A DNA stretch of 64,000 nt from NCBI RefSeq assembly GCF_009914755.1, contig NC_060935.1; one strand, written 5' to 3'. A program made the translations under genes and the position numbers. Position 1 is the stretch's first letter. The number at the start of each line of letters is the position of its first letter. This stretch comes from the human T2T-CHM13v2.0 reference genome, Homo sapiens. Shown in pieces: positions 57,725-64,000 of this stretch. The notes under the pieces were generated by a model. The model made no database searches. It was given only the letters and a program-made list of their open reading frames with translations, and had not been told where the DNA came from.

Positions 57725-58969
57725 TTTAGGTCTATGCCTTTCCACTGTCCCTGTTCTTGAAGCAGGCGAAGCTGGCATCTGATTCTGAGATATGATGCTG
57801 AGAGCTCCATGCAGGCTCCTCTTATAACCTCTCCCCATTAGTCTATCACTGGTGCCTGACTTATCACTACTTGCAATTTCTTTATTTGGATTAAGTGATA
57901 GACAATGCAGAGCACTCTAAAAGATAAGTTTATTAAACTTTATCAGCAGTTAGCATCCTTTCAATATTGAACACCCATATAATAACACATTATTTAGTAG
58001 TTCCCAAACTTTAGAGCACATGAGAATAGATAAGTTGTTTACTGGAGATTACTCAGGCATTACTTGTTTTCTGGAATCAATTTTTGGAGAGTTTGGCTCA
58101 GGAATCTGCCTTTTCACAGAGTCTTCAGGTTATTTCTAAGTAGGCAGTTGGAGGGCCAAAGTTTTTAATATAATGTTGTGTTTATCTTGCTCACTGCATC
58201 TACAGCACTCCATCTACAGCAAAGTATATGACATATAATAATGAGATTTAAATAAATATCTGCTGAATGAAGGAATTAGGTAGTACCACTTCAGGTGCCC
58301 AGATTGAAGAATCTTGACAACTGTCTGGTGAGTCAGACTTCAGGAGGAATGTGAGGATATGGAAATGCGGAATCCACGACAGCCTGAGGGCATTGTGAGC
58401 CTCAGGAAAGAAAGAGAAGGAGGATAGGGAACAGAGAAAGAAGAAATAGAACCAACATTAGTGGCTGTGCCCTAGTATAGCTCTGGCATTATGCTAATAG
58501 TTTACATATGTCACCTAATCTTAATTCTCATGACAACCTTGAAAGGGGAGTATTGTTACGTCCACTTGGCTGTCACAGATATTCTCTACCCACCCCACCT
58601 CACCCCATGTTTCTGGGCTATACCTGAAATACATAGAATGGATATTTGACTATAGCAAATAAAATTTTTTACTAATTCTTCTTCACCCATTCTCTTCATC
58701 TGTAAAACAAGGTGGAAGTTGAGAACCAAGTGGATAAATCTTGAAATGTCTCCCAAACATCCAATCTTCCATTTTCCCTGAACTTACGTGCTGGCTTTCT
58801 GATTGCTTTGCCTTTCTCTGGATTACCACCATGTCCACATTCTGGACCAGGGAAGGGCAAAAGAGTGAGGAAGTCCAAGGCAAGCAACTTTATTTTAAAA
58901 AGCGGTGCAGAAATTGCACTATTCACTTAGGAGATGTGCCATCTAGGTACATAGGATTGTCCTCTTTAA

Positions 58970-60050
58970 TCTGTCAATGTAGTTAAATTAATTAATATAC
59001 TTTCTAGTGTAGAATCAATCTTGCATTCCTATGATGAGCTCAAATTAATCATGACGCATCATTTTTTATATAGTTCTAAATTTAGCTTGCTAATATTTTG
59101 TTAGAACTCTTGCATTTATGTACATGAGTGAGTGGTCTATACTTTTCTGTTTCCATTTTGCCTGTAGCTAATTTTGGTATTAAGTTACACCCGTATCATA
59201 AAATGTGCAGTAGAATATTTCCCTTTTCTTATCTCAGAAAAGATTTGTGTAAGTGGGATTTTTTTTTCTTTAAAATTTGGTACAACTCAGTGGTAAATCC
59301 TTTTGGGTAGTTTTTAAATGACTTATTTTCTTTAATGTTATAACAATTTGTGTTTTTCTATTTAATATTGAGTCAGTTTTGGAAATTTGTATTTTTCTAA
59401 GAATATGTCCATTTTACGTGTTCTCAAATTAATGGCATAGAGACATAGTATTAACTTATTTTTTAAAATCTCTATTATACTCTTAAAATTTTTAGTATTG
59501 TTTATATATGCCATTTCTGTCTCTTTTCCCCTTTCTCTTTCATAATCTGTTTTGCCTAAGGTTTGTCAGTTTTATTAATGTTTTCAACACATAAGCTTTG
59601 CTTTTCTTGATCCTCTTTATTTTGCCATAGTTCCTCTTTTCCCATTAATTATTGCCCTTCTCATCTTTATTTTATTTTTTTCTATTTTTTGGTTGACATT
59701 TTTCTAACTTCTCAAGTTGTATGCTTATTTACTGACATTCACGTTTCCTCCTATTCTAATAAAAACATATAAAGGTTACAGATTTCCTTTAATGTTGATT
59801 TAGCTACAGTTCAAAAGTTTTGATATAAAGCTTTTTATTATCTTTCAGTTCTAAGTATTTTATAATTTCTTTTGTGATTTTTCTCTTGGCCTTTGAGTCA
59901 TTCGGTTGTGTTTGGAATTTCCAAATTATGAAGTTTGAAAATATTTTTTCTTGTTATTAATGTATACCTCAGTTAGACTAAAAGTAGATTTTGGGGTGCA
60001 TGACACTAGATTTTTGAAATCTTTGCAGATTGGTTTTGGCCCAAAGTTTC
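58970..60050 (-). mobile_element. Old L1M fragment
   Basis: T-rich ORF2-like motifs (tttgctaatattttg, ggtttgtcagtttt). Confidence 0.65.
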
Positions 60051-61258
60051 ACTTTCTCATTTCTTGATTTTTTTTTAATGTTTCTGTTTCTTTTGGAAAT
60101 GTTTATCTTGAGAAATAAGAGCATCACTTAAAACTCCTGAGAAACATTTAAGTGCCTGAGCTGTGCAAATAATCTCCCCCAGTATTAAATATTGTGTCTC
60201 CCTTCTTTCTTCTTCATGACTCCGCAGTAGCTAGCTAGCTGTGACACACTGAGATTTAAGCAATGCTCTTTTATCATCTTGTCACGACAATATGCTGAAG
60301 CACAGCCCCTCTAATACATCTTATCACCTGATTGATTTCCACTCACGTACTTTAGGGCAGCTATTCCTGTCTATGCTGCTCAATCTTTGGTCACCCCTAT
60401 AAAATTTAAATCCTTCTGATATTGTTTCTTTCTCTCCCATCCTAATCTGATTCCCCTACCAATTCTTACCACGATGCCCTTTTGAATCTCAGGATTCTCT
60501 TTAAACCTAAATGGTAAACCTTTTCAGGATCCTCTTGCTAATCTTCTCATTCATTTGAAACTGAAAAAAGAGAAGCTGGGGTCTGGCAACTAGAAGACTG
60601 CTGCTTTTCTCTTTATAGGCTTCTCCCTCTCAACTCATTCTGTTGAATGCTCCCTTGTTGAAAGAGCTGTTTAAATTGACAGTCTTCACTTCTTTACCTC
60701 CCATTCCCTTTTTAACCCATTGTAGCAGAGCTTCACTTCTTATTGTTTCTGCAGAGACACAGGGAGTATTCCTGCCTGTGACCCAAAAAACACCATCCAT
60801 CCACAAATGACCAAATTGTGCAACACAGAAATGTGGTCCTCTTGTATTTGTGCCCAGTTCCTGGTTTAGTCTTCAATCTTCGGCTTCATCTCTGAAGACT
60901 GAGATAAAATCTGTCTTTTGCCAACTCACGTAGGATTTATGTGCAGTTTATTCAAACATGCTTGGTTTCCAGAGATTTCTGTGAATCAAATCTATTCTCC
61001 ACAAGGCATACAGCATAATCTTTCTTAAATGCAAATCTAATTATGTCTTCCCATTACTTAAAACTTTGCAAAGGCTCCCTAAGGCTCCTAAAGTAAATTT
61101 AAAAATTCGTTAAGAATGGTTTACAAGCCCCTGAACCATCTAGTCAAGGCTTTTGTACTTAGATTCATGCTGTTTCTCCATTTCTGCTATACTACCTACA
61201 GTTCAGTTCAGGGCTTTTCTTATTATTATTTGTGCTTCTCAAAAATAACTATAGAATA

Positions 61259-61615
61259 TGCTGGGAATGTAACCTCCTGAGACAGGGAGGGCTGGCTAGA
61301 ACTGTTCAGTCCAACCTTAGAAAGAAGATATCTCTCAATGCACTATCCCAGCTATTCACATGATCAGAGGCTATTAAACCCAAAGCAGACCCCTTTCTGG
61401 TGTGATACAAGTGATATCAGCTGTGATACAAGTGGGGCATATGTCATCAAGACTTCATTTGCTCTGGGCAGCTTTTCTGAGCCTTGGGGGTCTAGCATGC
61501 AATGGATTCTAGGCTTCTATTTTCCCTTGTCTATCTGTAAGTAATAAATTTGCTTTATGTAATTTGTGTTAGGTGTTCTATCTCATCAGAATCAGACAAG
61601 TTGGTAACCAGTGAC
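61259..61615 (+). mobile_element. ERVL-type solo LTR (MER74/LTR53-like)
   Basis: TG start, ctgtaagtaataaa polyA region, agttggtaaccagtg. Confidence 0.5.
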
Positions 61616-61659
61616 CCTGCTTTGCAATATCTATATCCATTTTAGATTATTTGAGATAG

Positions 61660-62035
<376 letters not shown>

Positions 62036-62331
62036 ATGAGTTCTTTAAGCTGCTGTCTGAAGATTATTTCCTTTCATATTGGAATTGGAGTGTTTTAAAC
62101 CTTTATTGCTTGGAGCCACGTGGAACTTCTTGTGTCACAGTAAGAGAAAAGCCCACATTTGGCCTTTCATTTTATCACAAAAAATCCAAAAAGAAGAGCA
62201 TAAAAACTGGCTTACCCCATTGTTAGCTCCCTTCCTTTCCTTCTCATTCAAATAAGGGGGCCTGGGCCTTCCTCCCTCTGTCCATGCCTGTCACTTTGGT
62301 TCCTGTGAGACAAGTTCTTGTGAGACAATTC

Positions 62332-62738
62332 TGTTAAATTGTGTTTAGTCTAAAGCTGTCTCCATACATATTTTTAGTTTGATCTGAAGATTTCTCCTTA
62401 CATAGTGAATTGTAACCTAACTGGATGTGTAAACAGACAACAACCTACTCTTGTACCAATCACTGAGTTTCAGCCAATCAGAGGTGGCAAACTGTTCAAA
62501 CTGTGTTCAAACAAGGCAAACATTGAGCTATAACTAATCCGGTTGTTGCTGTATTTCACTTCTACTTTCTGTATGTTACCTTCCTTTTTCTGTTTGTAAA
62601 TCCTTTCTGATCATGCTGACCACCTCCAGGGTTGCCCTGAACCAATTTTTGTCTGGGAGTGGGGGAGGCTGCCTGATTCATGATTCATTCTTTGCTCAAT
62701 TAAATTCTGTTAAATTTAATTTGTCTGAATTTTAAACA
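62332..62738 (+). mobile_element. MER57-type ERV1 solo LTR
   Basis: tgttaaatt...taaagctg, tandem CCAAT boxes, ctttgctcaattaaa. Confidence 0.8.
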
Positions 62739-63352
62739 AAAAGAAATCCTCTTATTCCTCTACCCTTTGATTCTATGTCCTTTCTTTGTAAGAAAGAGTT
62801 TAACAATCAATGGTCCATGGAACAGTTGTTGACCGGAAAAGAATGGCTTATGGGTATGCAGAGATGTGATTTGTCTTCATTCCCCATGGTGGGTAGGCAT
62901 GGCCTGGGGTTTTCAGTCTGTTTACTCTGCTGCTTCCTACAGAAAGTATTACTTTGTATATGTTTTCTGAGAAACGTTGTGGAGCAATGCTTAGTGGACA
63001 GTACTTATATGGCAAGAGATTTAGGAGATCCTGATTGGTATTTCCACTTTAGCAACTCTGCAACATTACAGTAGGACACCAGATGTTCTATTTTTATGAA
63101 AATCCTAAATATCAGCAGGAAGAAATGCTAAAGGTGTCTTTAAGACTAAAGGCTAAGCCCTAGTACACTGGGTTTAGAATCACACATAAGGATCAAGAAT
63201 GAGCAAGTGGTAAAATAAACACTGTCTTTAATTTACTGAGTAGACAGGGAACTTAACCCAAATTTAATTAAGTAAAGGTATTTGGGCTCTGTTTCAGGGC
63301 AATAGTTTAGACCACTAGAAGGGGTCTTATTTAGTCAGATACTTGGTGATAA

Positions 63353-63595
63353 TGTTACAGCTTAATGGGTTCTTCTTGTCTGCTGCATAGAAAAGCCAAT
63401 ACGTGAGGCGGCAGTGTTTCAGTAGAGAGTTTAATTACTGCAAGACAGCAAGTGAAAGGACAGGAGATATTTCACAAATCCACCTCCCTGAGAACTTAGA
63501 GGCTAGGGTTTTTAAGGCTAATTTGTCAGACAGGGAACTAGGGAATGGGTGCTGCTGAATGGTTGGGATTGAAATCTTAGGGGTGTTGAAAGACC
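63353..63595 (-). mobile_element. ERV1 LTR 3' part (LTR8/MER4-group), interrupted by an L1
   Basis: gggttcttcttg...gagtttaatt...gggtttttaagg. Confidence 0.65.
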
Positions 63596-63597
63596 GC

Positions 63598-64000
63598 TTT
63601 TCTTTTTTTTCTTTTTTTTCTTTTTTATTTTTTTTATGATTATACTTTAAGTTCTAGGGTACATGTGCACAATGTGCAGGTTTGTTACATGTATATACAT
63701 GTGCCATGTTGGTGTGCTGCACCCATTGACTCGTCATTTACATTAGGTATATTTCCTAATGCTATCCCTCTCCCCTCCCCCCACCCCATGACAGGCCCTG
63801 GTGTGTGATGTTCTCCTTCCTGTGTCCATGTGTTCTTATTGTTCAATTCCCACCTATGAGTGAGAACATGTGGTATTTGGTTTTCTGTCCTTGCGATAAT
63901 TTGCTCAGAATGATGGTTTCCAGCTTCATCCGTGTCCCTACAAAGGACATGAACTCATCCTTTTTTATGGCTGCGTAGTATTCAATGGTGTATATGTGCC
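63598..64000 (-). mobile_element. L1PA (PA4/PA5-like) 3' end, continues beyond the window
   Basis: polyT followed by tatactttaagttctagggtacatgtgcac... Confidence 0.93.

Overview
Repeat-dense, AT-rich hominoid (probably human or great ape, from AluY and L1PA3-type elements) intronic or intergenic DNA. I recognise no host protein-coding gene, and I cannot support a new biological system. The only real coding signal is a ~5.2 kb, 5'-truncated, frameshifted L1PA element on the minus strand (~10.7-15.9 kb). The other ORFs in the track look spurious or repeat-derived. The window also holds about 17 Alu copies or fragments, many solo LTRs (MaLR, ERV1 and ERVL types), a Tigger3b and hAT MITEs, old L1M/L2/MIR relics, and a 40-nt 5S rRNA retro-fragment. 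The most interesting observations are: two tailless, internally primed retro-insertions with target-site duplication (TSD) microhomology (5S and Alu), a four-level nested transposon stack, an Alu-tail (AAAGG)16/(GAA)n compound repeat, fold-back micro-inversions, unusual L1 5' junctions, and a few candidate splice structures. All repeat subfamily names come from my recall of consensus sequences and need RepeatMasker/Dfam confirmation. Boundaries of old elements are approximate.
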